Source of the DNA: Macrostomum hystrix
Taxonomy: Eukaryota > Animalia > Platyhelminthes
Length of the DNA: 64,000 bases
Direction: 5' to 3'
NCBI GenBank assembly: GCA_950097015.1
Contig: CATNEN010000038.1
Span: 27,094,001-27,158,000, forward strand
Shown here in pieces: positions 48,201 to 61,223 of the stretch. Each line of letters begins with the position of its first letter. Position 1 is the stretch's first letter. Made by a program: the position numbers and the translations under genes. Below the pieces are notes generated by a model. The model saw nothing but the letters and a program-made list of their open reading frames with translations, had not been told where the DNA came from and did no database searches.

Positions 48201-51200
48201 TACTTAGGAGACTAGATCAAAGGGGAGAGATAAGACATGGGATGAGATGAGGCAGGGGATGAAATGAGACATGGGATGAGATGAGATATGGGAGAGATGA
48301 GACGAGGGATAAGATGAGACATGGGAGAAATGAGACATGTGAGAGATGAGACGAGGGATGAGATGAGACGGGATGAGATGAGACAGTCGATGAGATGAGG
48401 CATGGGATAAGACGAGACAGGGGATAAGATGAGACAGGGGATAAGATGAGACAGGGGATAAGATGAGACAGGGAATAAGACGAGACAGGGGATAAGACGA
48501 GACAGGGGATAAGATGAGACAGGGGATGAGATGAGACATGGGATGAGATCAGGCAGAGAATGAGATGAGACATGGGATGAGATGAGACATGGGATGAGAT
48601 GAGACAGGGGATGAGATGAAACATGGGATGAGATGAGACATGGGATGAGATGAGACATGGGATGAGATGAGACATGGGATGAGATGAGACAGGGGATGAG
48701 ATGAAACATGGGATGAGATGAGACATGGGATGAGATGAGACATGGGATGAGATGAGACATGGGATGAGATGAGACATGGGATTAGATGAGAGCTATGAAA
48801 AGTCAGTTCAGTTATGAAATAAAATATTTACCTGACATTTCTACACAGCCAAGTTGGTTCACTGTAGAATATTTTCAGCTGACTATCAGAGGGCGGATCG
48901 CAATAGACTGTGTAGTTTAACACCTGGCTCTCAGGTAGAAATGTTGAAGCTGAAAAAAGCGGAATTAAAGGGAATCGGTGAAAAAACAAAAGAAAGAGAA
49001 TACATTTAGAGTAAGGAAAACTTTTCAATCTAATTAAAGTCTGTATAAACTTTCTTAGCAATTAATAATCAGGCTTGATCATAAAAAACTGCTTAAAAAC
49101 ACCCCATCCCAATGAGAGATTCATAGGACAACGGAAATTAACAACTAAAAAGATAGACCGATTTTTCAGGAAACCAGACGGCAACTAGCAAATGAGTGTA
49201 CAGTAGAGAGACTGCAACCAAAGGTGTTAAACAAATGATACTTGGCGAATGTATATCGGTAGGCTAAGTTGAAATAAGCGTAAAAATGATAGGAATATTT
49301 GAATGTAAAACTAATAAAGATAAGTACTAGGCCAGCTCTGATGGGATCTAGAAATGGGTCATGCTCAGGGCTCTGATGGAATCTAGAAATGGGTCATGGT
49401 CAGGGCTGTGATGGAATCTAGAATTGGGTCATGGTCAGGGCTGTGATGGAATCTAGAAATGGGTCATGGTCAGGGCTGTGATGGAATCTAGAAAAAGGTC
49501 ATGGTCAGGGCTGTGATGGAATCTAGAATTGGGTCATGGTCAGGGCTGTGATGGAATCTAGAAATGGGTCATGGTCAGGGCTGTGATGGAATCTAGAAAT
49601 GGGTCATGGTCAGGGCTGTGATGGAATCTAGAAATAGGTCATGGTCAGGGCTGTGATGGAATCTAGAAATAGGTCAAGGTCAGGGCTGTGATGGAATCTA
49701 GAAATGGGTCATGGTCAGGGCTGTGATGGAATCTAGAAATGGGTCATGGTCAGGGCTGTGATGGAATCTAGAAATGGGTCATGGTCAGGGCTGTGATGGA
49801 ATCTAGAAATGGGTCATGGTCAGGGCTGTGATGGAATCTAGAATTGGGTCATGGTCAGGGCTGTGATGGAAACTAGAAATGGGTCATGGTCAGGGCTGTG
49901 ATGGAATCTAGAATTGGGTCATGGTCAGGGCTCTGATGGAATCTAGAAATGGGTCATGGTCAGGGCTGTGATGGAATCTAGAAATGGTTTCATGGTCATT
50001 GTTCTTATCCTTATGTTTATTATCTCGCCACCTCATTTGTGCAGTACAAATACACCAAATCGACACGTATATTTGCGCAGTTTATCTTGAATAAACAACG
50101 CCTCAGTATAATCTACGGAATAAGCAAGTTTCACAGCTTGAAAATATAGGTATCCGAGCATGAGGAAAGAAAATTTGGCCAAAGAACTGTGAGTTCTTTC
50201 AACTTGTCGTTCTTTCTTACCAATTTCAGTCAATTTTAGCGAGCCAACAGTTTTAAACGCACTTGTGATATGAGCAGTATATACATGTACTTATATGAAA
50301 TAATACAGTAATTTTCAACTAAGAACAAGATAAGATAGCGTTAACTCTATGATTGAGAACATATATGCAGCTAGGCTTCCTTTAGAAGGTATTTTACCTT
50401 CTACCTGTAATAAGAGTTCAGTACTGTGATAAGATGGCCACTCTTTGTATATTACAGTACGAAAAATGCACCTTGTCAACTTTTGCAAATGACCCTTAAG
50501 GTGGGATTTAACCCAATAATTAGGTAGTTATTATGTTCATTAATAGTAAATATGAGACATATTGTATCAATAATGAGATCCCTGTGCCATCTTATCCCCT
50601 GTTTTATGCTTATCTAGAGACAGGTGAGAGAAATCTACTGACGGGTTGGAGAAATCTACTGACGGGTTTGAGAAATCTACAGACAGGTGAGAGAAATCTA
50701 CAGACGGGTGAGAGAAATCTACAGGCAGGTGAGAGAAATCTACGGACGGGTGAGATAATCTACAGACAGGTGAGAGATATCTATTGACGGGTGAGATAAA
50801 TCTACAGATACAGATACGTGAGGCAAATTTACAGACAGGTGAGAGAAATCTACAGACAGTTGAGATAAATCTACTGACGGGTGAGATAAATCTACACACA
50901 GGTGAGAGATATCTACAGACGGGTGAGATAAATCTACAGACACGTGAGGCAAATTTACAGACAGGTGAGAGAAATCTACAGACAGATAAAAAAGTGACAT
51001 AATTTCATCCAGATAACTTACGATGAAACCTAGCCTTCTGGAGTCCTCTGTTAGTGCTCCTGGTTGCCATGGACACAGCTCCGTCTAGTTGACTTAGATG
51101 GGACACTAATGGTAATCTCTGCTCCGAGAGGCCATCTTGTGTTAGTGAGGCGCTAGTAGGCTCTACCAGAATGGGTAGGGCAGCCGCATGCTGAGGCGAT

Positions 51201-51403
51201 TCCGCCAGTTGCTGTTTAAGACCAGCCGAGCTGCTGTTGTGCAGTGCCAAGATTGACAAACTGGTTGCTAGGCCGGCTGTAATCAGTAGGGCTGTGGTGA
51301 CAGCGGCTGCTAGAACACTGCGCCTAAGCCGATCTGAGTTGCTACAGACGCCAATGCGTTCGGGACGCATCGATTGATTGATCAATCGTCTGATCTGATT
51401 CAT
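45219..51403 (-). CDS. Tentative orphan signal-anchored/secreted protein; candidate exons 51022-51403, 50056-50112, 48832-48949, 45219-45459 (3' end unresolved)
   Basis: N-terminal hydrophobic stretch VLAAAVTTALLITAGLATSLSILAL; four successive exons join GT-AG in compatible phases (1, 1, 2) without stops; last exon has GC3-rich codon usage; no family recognised. Confidence 0.45.
45687..45950. repeat. 98-bp tandem repeat x~2.7, each unit containing a CCAAT box (gaccaatcag)
   Basis: Units start at 45687, 45785 and 45883. Confidence 0.9.
47189..47451 (+). mobile_element. SINE family A (internally deleted)
   Basis: tRNA head, CORE, 3' structured tail, (ATT)n. Confidence 0.85.
47478..47845 (+). 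mobile_element. SINE family B, full length (tRNA-Ala(CGC)-like head)
   Basis: A box TGGCAGAGCGG, anticodon-like loop CT-CGC-AC, B box GTTCGATTCC, ~290-nt body, (ATT)n tail. Confidence 0.85.
48085..48792. repeat. ~140-bp unique flank + GAGAT-based 18-bp minisatellite, paralogous to 41365-42030
   Basis: Highly similar flank (gtgttaaggag...agactagatca) directly followed by (gggatgagatgagacat)n at both loci. Confidence 0.88.
49335..49998. repeat. 35-bp minisatellite (ggtcatggtcagggctgtgatggaatctagaaatg)
   Basis: About 19 copies. Confidence 0.95.
50615..50985. repeat. 21-bp minisatellite (acRggtgagagaaatctacag)
   Basis: About 17 copies. Confidence 0.9.
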
Positions 51404-52152
51404 GCCACAACCGAGAGGTTAGCACAGAATTATCAGTAGTTGGATATGAAATGGCCCCTATAATAAGGTAGCCCTTCCCTTACTCATGCTCTCAGTCATT
51501 GGACCAGGCCTGCGTACATTAGTTTCTATTGGCCAGCAAGATTGCTGTATCTTTGAATAAAGCGGATAGTTAGTTGGACCAACTAGCTCATGCAGGCGGG
51601 ACAGGTAAGAACATAATTCAGTATTGAGGTGTCGATTGGCGAGAAAAATAATAGAGACACGGACAAAAAGAGAAAATTTCTCTATTTTTCATAGCTACAA
51701 ATTCTAAAAGGACACTATTTCCAATAGCCCCCGCAGCTTCACAAATGCGCAGTCTCAGATTCACACCTCTAACGCGTGTGTTTGTAAAAGTGCATTGCGC
51801 ACAAATTCTTAGTAGAATGAAAATACCGCCCACTGCATTATAGTTAAATACAGCTAAATGTAGGTATTCAAGCACTATAATGACAAAGAATCGATGCTCA
51901 ACCAAATCGGAATGGGAAGAGAGAGAAGGAGAAATGGTAAAGTAGTAACGGAACGTTATTAACGGAAATTGAGACCACTTCAATGCATTGTCACAGGCTA
52001 AGTGCAAGAATTAACATATTAGAATAGAAATAGCAAATTGCCCAATCATAGGCCATGCAGATGTACAGCAGCCGGCAACATTGCAGGCGCAAATATTCAA
52101 AGCCGCTACACGAAGGCTGTGTACAGTTCAACTAAACTGAACTTAAAGCTCG

Positions 52153-52465
52153 CTAAACTGCATTGGATTATTACCCAAATGCATTAGATTCTTATTAAAC
52201 TGCATTAGATTCTTAATAAACTGCATTAGATTCTTAATAAACTGCATTAGATTCTTAATAAACTGCATTAGATTCTTAATAAACTGCATTATATTATTTA
52301 TAAACTGCATTAGAATCTTGTTAAACTGCATTAAATTCTTATTAAACTGCATTAGATTCTTGCTAAACTGCATTAGATTCTTCTCAAACTGCATTAGATT
52401 CTTGTCAAACTGCAATAGATTCTTGCTAAACTGCATTAGATTCTTGTCAAACTGCATTAGATTTC
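52153..52465. repeat. 21-bp minisatellite (aaactgcattagattcttaat)
   Basis: About 15 copies. Confidence 0.92.
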
Positions 52466-53948
52466 TGCAAAAGTACGTTACATTAGATTAAGACTTTTAC
52501 CAATTATTAAAATATTCTTATTAAGCTGCTCTGCTATTTTTAAGCTTAAATCTGAGAGACTAATGTTGATTATCTGCAATGAGATTGAGCAAAGCTGCTA
52601 CATGTATGAAATATTAGATAGATCAATCATCAAGGTAGATCATCCAGCAGCTAGTTGTCATTATTGTAAAGTTTCTATGCAATTAATTTCACATGATATT
52701 AGCGTTTAGGAGTCGAATTAAGTAGTATGAATCATCGTTATCAAAACTTTACACTATCATTTTTTGCAAGAATTTATTTTACCTACACATTCTTTATTTA
52801 CTCGTATAGTTTAGTGTTTTTATAAAAAGTTTGGCGTTCTAACTTTAAGTTAATGAGATTAGAAACTTTTTAAGCGAAAAATCCTAATCAATGTTTTTTG
52901 TTTGCGCGACAAATCGAGAAGTAATTAAAAGCCTTCTTGAAAGTCAAGCATACAGAATCAGGGAGAGGCGGCCGGGATAGACAATATAGTAGCAGATTGT
53001 ATTTTTTAGATAAAAAAAACTGATTCTCAGGTATAATCTGTCATGGGTAAATGTCAGTTATTATCTAGCTGAAATGTTACTGTATATTCTCAGCTTACAC
53101 AATACAAATCATTTAAGCATTCATGTGTATCTGAGATATCTAAACATGCCTACCTGTCTTCATGCTGAATGACAACAGAAGCAAATTAATTGGTCTCTTT
53201 TTATACGCACTCTAACATAAGGCTTCGCGGGATTTAACCAATTCGCAGATGAAGATGCGGTGTCCTCCCGCAGTGTGTTGTGTTCAGCTTCAGTGATTCG
53301 GCAGGGCATTGCATTCGGATGCGCGATATTATTCCAATACTGAAGCCAGGATAAAGAAGCCGAATGGAACAGGACAGCAGTGGGCTATGAGCCTCCACTA
53401 GAAATACACGAGAAAGTTCAGAGAGTAAAATATATAATAACCAATTTTAAGCTATAACGGGGAGCTTCTTTTACTGGTTAGAGATTCGGGTCGGGAAATC
53501 GAATCATGATCGAGCTACTGAAAAAGACTTGTCTTTAAGCAAACAGACCTAATTCCAGATAGCTTCAGTTCACCCTTAATCCAGTCCATGGACAATAACA
53601 GCTGTACACAGACTTAGGGAAGCACTGATCAATGATTGCGGCAGTGCCACAAACGGCAAAGTAGCTCGTATATCAGTAATTTCTCATCCACTAGACTAAA
53701 GCTTCAATATATTTTCAAGATAAATTAGAAAAAATCCATACTGCAAACTTGCTACTGCTCAAGCTACTAAAAGTAGAGTAAAGCAAAAATCAAAATAGCT
53801 TAAAACTTTTGAAAACTTAAACAACATTTTCTCAGAAAACCACAATTATTCCTAGGAATATTTGTGCTTTTGAGTTGGTAGTATAGTGATTATGCAGCAA
53901 AAAACGAAACCGCATTTCTATCATTCCTATCAGCAAATTACTATCACA

Positions 53949-54585
53949 TCTAGGAAGCGAATGATCAGGGAGTGTAGCTTCTGTGCAAACTAGGAAGCGA
54001 AGGGATCAGGGAGAGTAGCTTCTGTGCATTCTAGGAAGCGAAGGGATCAGGGATAGTAGCTTCTGTGCATTCTAGGAAGCGATGGGATCAGGGAGAGTAG
54101 CTTCTGTGCATTCTAGGAAGCGATGGGATCAGGGAGAGTAGCTTCTGTGCATTCTAGGAAGCGAAGGGATCAGGGAGAGTAGCTTCTGTGCATTCTAGGA
54201 AGCGAAGGGATCAGGGATAGTAGCTTCTGTGCATTCTAGGAAGCGATGGGATCAGGGAGAGTAGCTTCTGTGCATTCTAGGAAGCGATGGGATCAGGGAG
54301 AGTAGCTTCTGTGCATTCTAGGAAGCGAAGGGATCAGGGAGAGTAGCTTCTGTGCAAACTAGGAAGCGATGGGATCAGGGAGAGTAGCTTCTGTGCATTC
54401 TAGGCAGCGATGGGATCAGGGAGAGTAGCTTCTGTGCATTCTAGGAAGCGATGGGATCAGGGATAGTAGCTTCTGTGCATTCTAGGAAGCGATGGGATCA
54501 GGGAGAGTAGCTTCTGTGCATTCTAGGAAGCGAAGGGATCAGGGATAGTAGCTTCTGTGCATTCTAGGAAGCGATGGGATCAGGC
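53949..54585. repeat. 41-bp minisatellite (ctaggaagcgaWgggatcagggaKagtagcttctgtgcatt)
   Basis: About 15 copies. Confidence 0.95.
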
Positions 54586-57081
54586 AGAAAGGCGCTTTAG
54601 GGGGCATCTGAAGAGCTAAATATGATTTGCTGCAAGTCCATTTAATGCTGAATGTATTATTAGAATGGCGACGGTAAAATTCCATTGAATCCATATTGAT
54701 TTTAAACAATATCTGTAACCCAATATTTAAATTTTCCTGGCTAAAAACGTTTAAAATTAATTTCCGGGAAGTCTTACTTTCAAAGACTTTTAAATTCACA
54801 AACGCAACTTAAAATGTGTTGTCGAAGCCGAAGTGGCAAGCTGTAGTGGCAACGAAAACTGAGCACAAAAGGAAAGAACGTTGTACTGAAAAATAAGATG
54901 CCAACAAATAATAATAATCATTTAGAATGATCGTTATTCGTCGATAATCGCAATCAATCAATCGCATTTATTTTCTATTTCCAAAACAACGATTAGCATG
55001 CAGCTTGACTAATTAATTAACCGAATTAAAGCGAGCGCAGTAAATGCAACATATAAGGGGTTTGGATGCATTAAAAAAGCCATTGTCGAGTACAGAAGCA
55101 ACACATCTGGCACTGGCGGAGCCGTCGAGACACAACTTGCATCACACAGAGGTGACGCTCGCACAAAGGGGTCCGAACGAGCCCCCTCGGCTTTAGCAAA
55201 TAAAATGTCAACGACGATTCCGTGAGTGCCAAGAGCGTTATTTATTTATTATTGACAAAATCGGCTAAGCGATTCCACAAGAATCGTGCCAATAAATCAG
55301 CTTCTGATTGCCTGGGTGCATGTGCCAAGTATAAGGAGGCTTGAGCATGGTTTAACTCACCCTTGGGGCCGAGAAACCTTCAAATCTTGCGTTTGCCTCG
55401 CAGCTAAGCTTTCAATATACTGTAGGGGGAGGGAGCTAAGAAGAGAAGCAGGGGGCTACGGCACCGGAGCCCGAGATGAAGGGCACAAGAGGCCGAGACG
55501 GGGGCGAGACTTTTTAAAGGCTCGCTGCTCCCCATTTTCTAAAAAAGGAAAGCCGATCGGACACAGGATTGGGCAGTTGCTTTTCTTTTCTTAACTAGGC
55601 AAGAAATGAGAGGTCCAGGCCGCAAGAGGAGACAGGGTAGAAGCCTCCTTTTTAAAGGATCAGAAAATCAGAGCCCGAAATCAAGGAAAGAGGATGGCAG
55701 AGATGATGTGACGCACGCAAGGGGAACAGCCGAACTCCCCAACCTAAAGGGTTTATATTCCTTTCCTCTTCATCCAACACTCCCCCCTCACCACCCTCCC
55801 TCCGGTGCCGGCTAAAGCCCCCTTCAAGCGCTTCCCCTCTCCCTTTCTCCTTCCCTCTTCAGAGAGGAAGCAGGGTTCAGAGAGTGGACCTCGCTGGCTC
55901 GCGTGCGTGCGTGAAGGAGGCTCAGCAGGATGGGAGGTTGCGGATGGCCAGCGCAAGCAGAAGGGGGAATCGGGAGGGATTGGGAACGGGCAATTTTAGG
56001 AAAGAGATTTGGGAAGAAACCCAAAGAGAGGCCAGCGAGTAGAGAATTGCTGGGACAGGAAAAAGAGGAAGAGGAAAGAAAATGACGAGATCTTCCTCTC
56101 GTGGCGGAGTGCAAGAGGGGAACGAAAAATGCATTAAGGGGATAGAGAGGGAGCGTCTGCAGATCTATCGATCTGTGCCCACCGCACACAGGCCCCGTGT
56201 CTGTCTCCCTCGCCTCTCACACTTCAAATCTTTCCACCAGCCTTATCAAGCCCCTGCATCACGGGTCGCACCATTGACTTGCTTTGAAACGCGAAAGCAA
56301 CGAGAGGAGATTGGAGCAGGGGAGGGCTATAGGTGTGCGTGCGAGGCGAAATCTGCCATCCCAGCCTGTCTGTCCGCCGATCTCTCCTAAACCCCGTTCC
56401 ATTTTCCTTCCGCTTTTCTCCGCTGTTTCTCTTACTGAAGCTTTGCTCGCACGCAAGAAACGGATGAAGTCGAGCGCGCTCTGCTTTTTATTCTTTTAGC
56501 TTCCAAAATTCCTGGCCGTTACTTTTCTTCGTTCAAATAGTAAAACATATTAATTCCTTTATTACTGAACTAGTAGTTTAGTCTATTCAGTCTAGTAGCG
56601 GAGTAGAAGATAGTTCGATAGTCACTATCGAAGCTTGTGCATTGTGCATTATCGTAGATTTCCGATTGCGCTTTAACTGCTATCGGTCACATCTGGCTGA
56701 TCCGAAATTATCTTAAATATTTATGTACTATCAGTTCAAAAAGTCCTAGTTGTTCTTCTTGATTGTTCTTATTGTTGGATAAAGAATTCATCTACATTCC
56801 TTTACATTCTTACACCGAATCTGTATAAGCTACAGCAAATAAAACAATGTTAGTTTAAAATCTAAAACAATGTTTAATACACTACTGTGACTTTTATATC
56901 TTCATTCAGTCAGTCAGGCTAAGCTAAAATTGGCACCCTACTCCTTTTTTTAACGTCTAGTTTAGATCAGAATCTAAAAACCTACTCGGGAACAGAGCCA
57001 GCTACACAACGTAAGAGAAAACTGGACAACCGGCCTCTTCAGCAGCTCTATAGACTTAGACTTTAGACTTTAGGCACAACT

Positions 57082-58255
57082 TTAGACTTCACACTTCAGT
57101 CAGCCATAACCGTAGACAGTTAACCTCACTCTTCAGTCAGCCAGAACCGTAAACAGTTAACCTCACTCTTCAGTCAGCCAGAACCGTAAACAGTTAACCT
57201 CACTCTCCAGTCAGCCAGAACCGTAAACAGTTAACCTCACTCTCCAGTCAACCAGAACCGTAAACAGTTAACCTCACTCTTCAGTCAGCCAGAACCGTAA
57301 ACAGTTAACCTCACTCTTCAGTCAGCCAGAACCGTAAACAGTTAACCTCACTCTCCAGTCAGCCAGAACCGTAAACAGTTAACCTCACTCTTCAGTCAGC
57401 CAGAACCGTAAACAGTTAACCTCACTCTTCAGTCAGCCAGAACCGTAAACAGTTAACCTCACTCTTCAGTCAGCCAGAACCGTAAACAGTTAACCTCACT
57501 CTTCAGTCAGCCAGAACCGTAAACAGTTAACCTCACTCTTCAGTCAGCCAGAACCCTGGACAGTTAACCTCACTCTCCAGTCAGCCAGAACCGTAAACAG
57601 TTAACCTCACTCTCCAGTCAGCCAGAACCGTAAACAGTTAACCTCACTCTCCAGTCAGCCAGAACCGTAAACAGTTAACCTCACTCTCCAGTCAGCCAGA
57701 ACCGTAAACAGTTAACCTCACTCTCCAGTCAGCCAGAACCGTAAACAGTTAACCTCACTCTTCAGTCAGCCAGAACCGTAAACAGTTAACCTCACTCTCC
57801 AGTCAGCCAGAACCCTGGACAGTAGACCTCATACTTTAATCAGCCAGAACCCTAGAAAGTAGACTTCACACTTCAGTCAGCCAGAACCCTAGAAAGTAGA
57901 CTTCACACTTCCATCAGCGAGAACCCTAGAAAGTAGACTTCACACTTCCATCAGCGAGAACCCTAGAAAGTAGACTTCACACTTCAATCAGCCAGAACCC
58001 TGGAAAGTAGACTTCACACTTCAGTCAGCGAGAACCCTAGAAAGTAGACTTCACACTTCAATCAGCCAGAACCCTAGAAAGTAGACTTCACACTTCAGTC
58101 AGCCAGAACCCTAGAAAGTAGACTTCACACTTCAGTCAGCCAGAACCCTAGAAAGTAGACTTCACACTTCAATCAGCCAGAACCCTAGAAAGTAGACTTC
58201 ACACTTCAGTCAGCGAGAACCCTAGACAGTAAACTCATCTGACTCCAGTCGGCAA
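57082..58255. repeat. 37-bp minisatellite with two sequence domains
   Basis: cagtcagccagaaccgtaaacagttaacctcactctY up to ~57820, then cagtcagccagaaccctagaaagtagacttcacactt. Confidence 0.95.
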
Positions 58256-60798
58256 CAACCTCAGAATTCACACATCCTAAACAAAACGTATTAGAAATAG
58301 AAGGCCAAGGAGCCTTTCTTCGCCGACCCACTGAAGAGAAGTAAAAAAACAAGTAAAGAAGGGAAAATAAGGACTGTGAGTTCATTTAGAGCAAAGGAAC
58401 TAGAAGAGATCCGAGGAAAATGTAGAGCAGGAAGAGAAAAAGATTTTTAGCTGCGAGGCAGAGGCAACGAAGAAAAGCTGAGAGCACACAGCAGCGGGCA
58501 AGAGAGGAAGAGACGAGGGATAAGGCTCAGAGGGAAAGGGGAGTTAGGCGTCTCTTGGGACTCACTGGAATATGTGGATGACTGTGCGAGCACGCGAAAG
58601 ATCTTGCAGCTTTGGAGAAGGAAGAGGTGGGGAGGTGGGGAGGGTTGTGTGGGAAAAAACGGATCGATGGAAGCTGACAGAGAAAGAGAGGAGTGGGGGA
58701 GAGATGTGAGGCGAAGCGAGTCGAGGCGCTGTCGTGGGATTTAGATTGATGCAGAGAAAGGGGGGAGGCAGGATTAACTCGGACCTGTCCAGCATCCTGG
58801 CCTCGAGAAAGTGGCACTACAAGGCCAGGAGAGGAGGGTTGTGAACGAGTGCCCGGGAAAGCGAGGCGGGTGAGCAAGAACTTGAGGCAACGGCGGGAAC
58901 GAGTCGAGTCCCCAAGCGAAGCTCGCAGCTGAGGAAAATAGAGAAAATTCCGATCGATACGAAGGAGGGAAGAAAGATGGGGCAAAGCAGAGAAGGGTGC
59001 TAAAATTAGTTGGCGAAAAAATCTAACCCGCTTCTCTCCTGATGTTGGCCTCCTACTTGTGTTCTCGCAAGACTCTGCGGCTAAAAGAGGGGGAAGAAAG
59101 AAGGGTAAGAAGAAGGACGACGTTCGAGCCAGGCAAGACGAGGCATTGTGGGGAAAGCAATAAAGAGCTGGACAAATTGCAGGCTGGCAAAGAAACCGGC
59201 ATTGAAGCAGACTTCGACAAGCGGAATATTCCTTCTATCAAATCTTATACACACTACTTAATCTGAGTAGGGTAATAGTAAAATACGCTTGGGAAAAATT
59301 CAAGCCCCATGATTGGCGAAATTCACACAAACATAAAAGTAAAGGATCAAAAAACATAAATTGGACTTTGCGACAGGGCTTGAAAGGTGCTCTAAATAGT
59401 TCTTTCTGTAGAAAAGTTCTAAAAGCGAATGTAGGGCATAGCCCTGTGTGTTTTAAAAGCAAGTGTTTTCTCTTTCATAATATTATTCTTGTTTTTCGAG
59501 TATATATACTAGGAGGTCTTAATAATAAACTCTAAATTGCCAGAAAGCCTAATAAAAAGGCTATAACTAAAGAAACAGTAATATTATTGAAAAATAGAGT
59601 TGTTTGACTTGGTTTAAGCAGTGAATTACAGAGCAAGGAAGGCTTGAGGCTGTGACCCTCAAGTCCAGGTGCCCCATGAGTGACAGGGAGTGAAATCACC
59701 TAAGGAGGAGACCACTTGTGCCAATATGATAATGTTACCTTAAAAGTGGGGCACCAAAAGTTAAGATGTTCAGTGCCACCAAACAGTCAATAGGAATATC
59801 CAAGCAGAGATAAATTAGAAATCAGAGAGACCACTGAGACAATATTTGATAGGTTCAAATAATCTTCCCTTCTCCATTGCAAAAAAGTTACTAGTTAAAT
59901 AAGTTGATAATAAAAATACAGGAGCTTAAATGAAAATTTGTTTCTGTAAATTCTCTAATATGAAAATCAATTAACATATGAATTTAGGTTTATTAGCAAT
60001 TTTCAGACCAACCATGTAAAAAAGTATACTTTAAAACCTCAGCTTGATTCTGTGAAATGCACTCAGTATAAAAATTTGGTTTGTGTTATTTATGGACTTA
60101 TTTACAAAGACTTGTCCCACTAGTAATCCTTGATTTATGCATCTGTTTCAATATTAAAGGATCTAGTGTAAAATTATTGTTATTACTGTGCTGAAATACA
60201 AAAAAGCAAAATTTCTTGTTATACTTATCAACATGCAACATAAAAATGTTTTCTAGCATGTGTATTACATTCGTTCTTGTCTAAGGTATGGTAGTCCTGA
60301 AACTTTAATTAAGATAGAAGCCAGAATTTGAAATTTTAACTACAGAAAGTCTTGATGTGGTGGTACAGAGGTGAAGTGGAACTAATCAGGGGCAAACCAA
60401 TAATACAACATCTGTTTATTATGTCTTTGGAAGAGTAACACTGACCAATAAATTTGACATGATGATTTTGCCATACTTTTGAAAATGTTTCAAACATTTC
60501 AAACCATTTAGTCTCTTTCCAACTTTGTTTATTTTGACTTTGATATTTAAATTATATTAAACTAGCTTTTCTTGCCCGTTGTTTCTGGGGCAGAAATTTA
60601 AAGCAAAGCAGTAAGCAATTCACGTCTCTGTATTAACTTTATAGTGAAGGTCACCATATATTCATTTACTGCATTAATGAAAAGTGAAGAGTTTGTTTAA
60701 GGGCGTTTTAAGTAAAAAATAAGTGAAAAGTTTGTCCAAACAGCCCCCTCTTGATTACTTCTTTAGAAACATGTCTCTTAGCCACTCCTCTATACAGT

Positions 60799-61071
60799 CA
60801 GTGGCAGATCCAGGAATTTTGTTTTGGGGCGGTCTGTCAGGGGAGCGCCATGAGAATCACAGAGTGGGTGCCAGCGGCCGAAAAAGGGCGCCAGGAGCCA
60901 AGAAAGGGCGCCAGCGGCTGAAAAACGGGAGCCAGCGGCTGAAAAAGGGGCGCCAGCGGCCGAAAAGGGGCGCCAGTGCTGCGACTGGCGCCCCTGGTGG
61001 GGGCATCTTATTCCCATGATTAAAATTTATGGGGGCGACTGCCCCCCCGCCCCCCCCTAAATCTGCCTCTG
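60799..61071. mobile_element. hAT-type MITE nested in the Helitron
   Basis: TIR CAGTGGCAGATCCAGG / CCTAAATCTGCCTCTG; perfect 8-bp TSD tatacagt (60791-60798, 61072-61079); internal ~21-bp GC-rich repeats. Confidence 0.9.
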
Positions 61072-61223
61072 TATACAGTATGCATGTACACGCGTATACA
61101 TAAGGAAAATAGCCATGGCATAACAATAACAATGTCAAAGAAACAAAATTAAACTGTTTCAGAGTTCAGAGTTAGACAGGTCAAGGTCAATTCGTGACTA
61201 CTTTTCTATTAATTGCTTGCGAG

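Noticed and set aside
1-58255. Possible CRISPR arrays
   Set aside because: All arrays are head-to-tail tandem repeats without unique spacers; eukaryotic context, no cas genes
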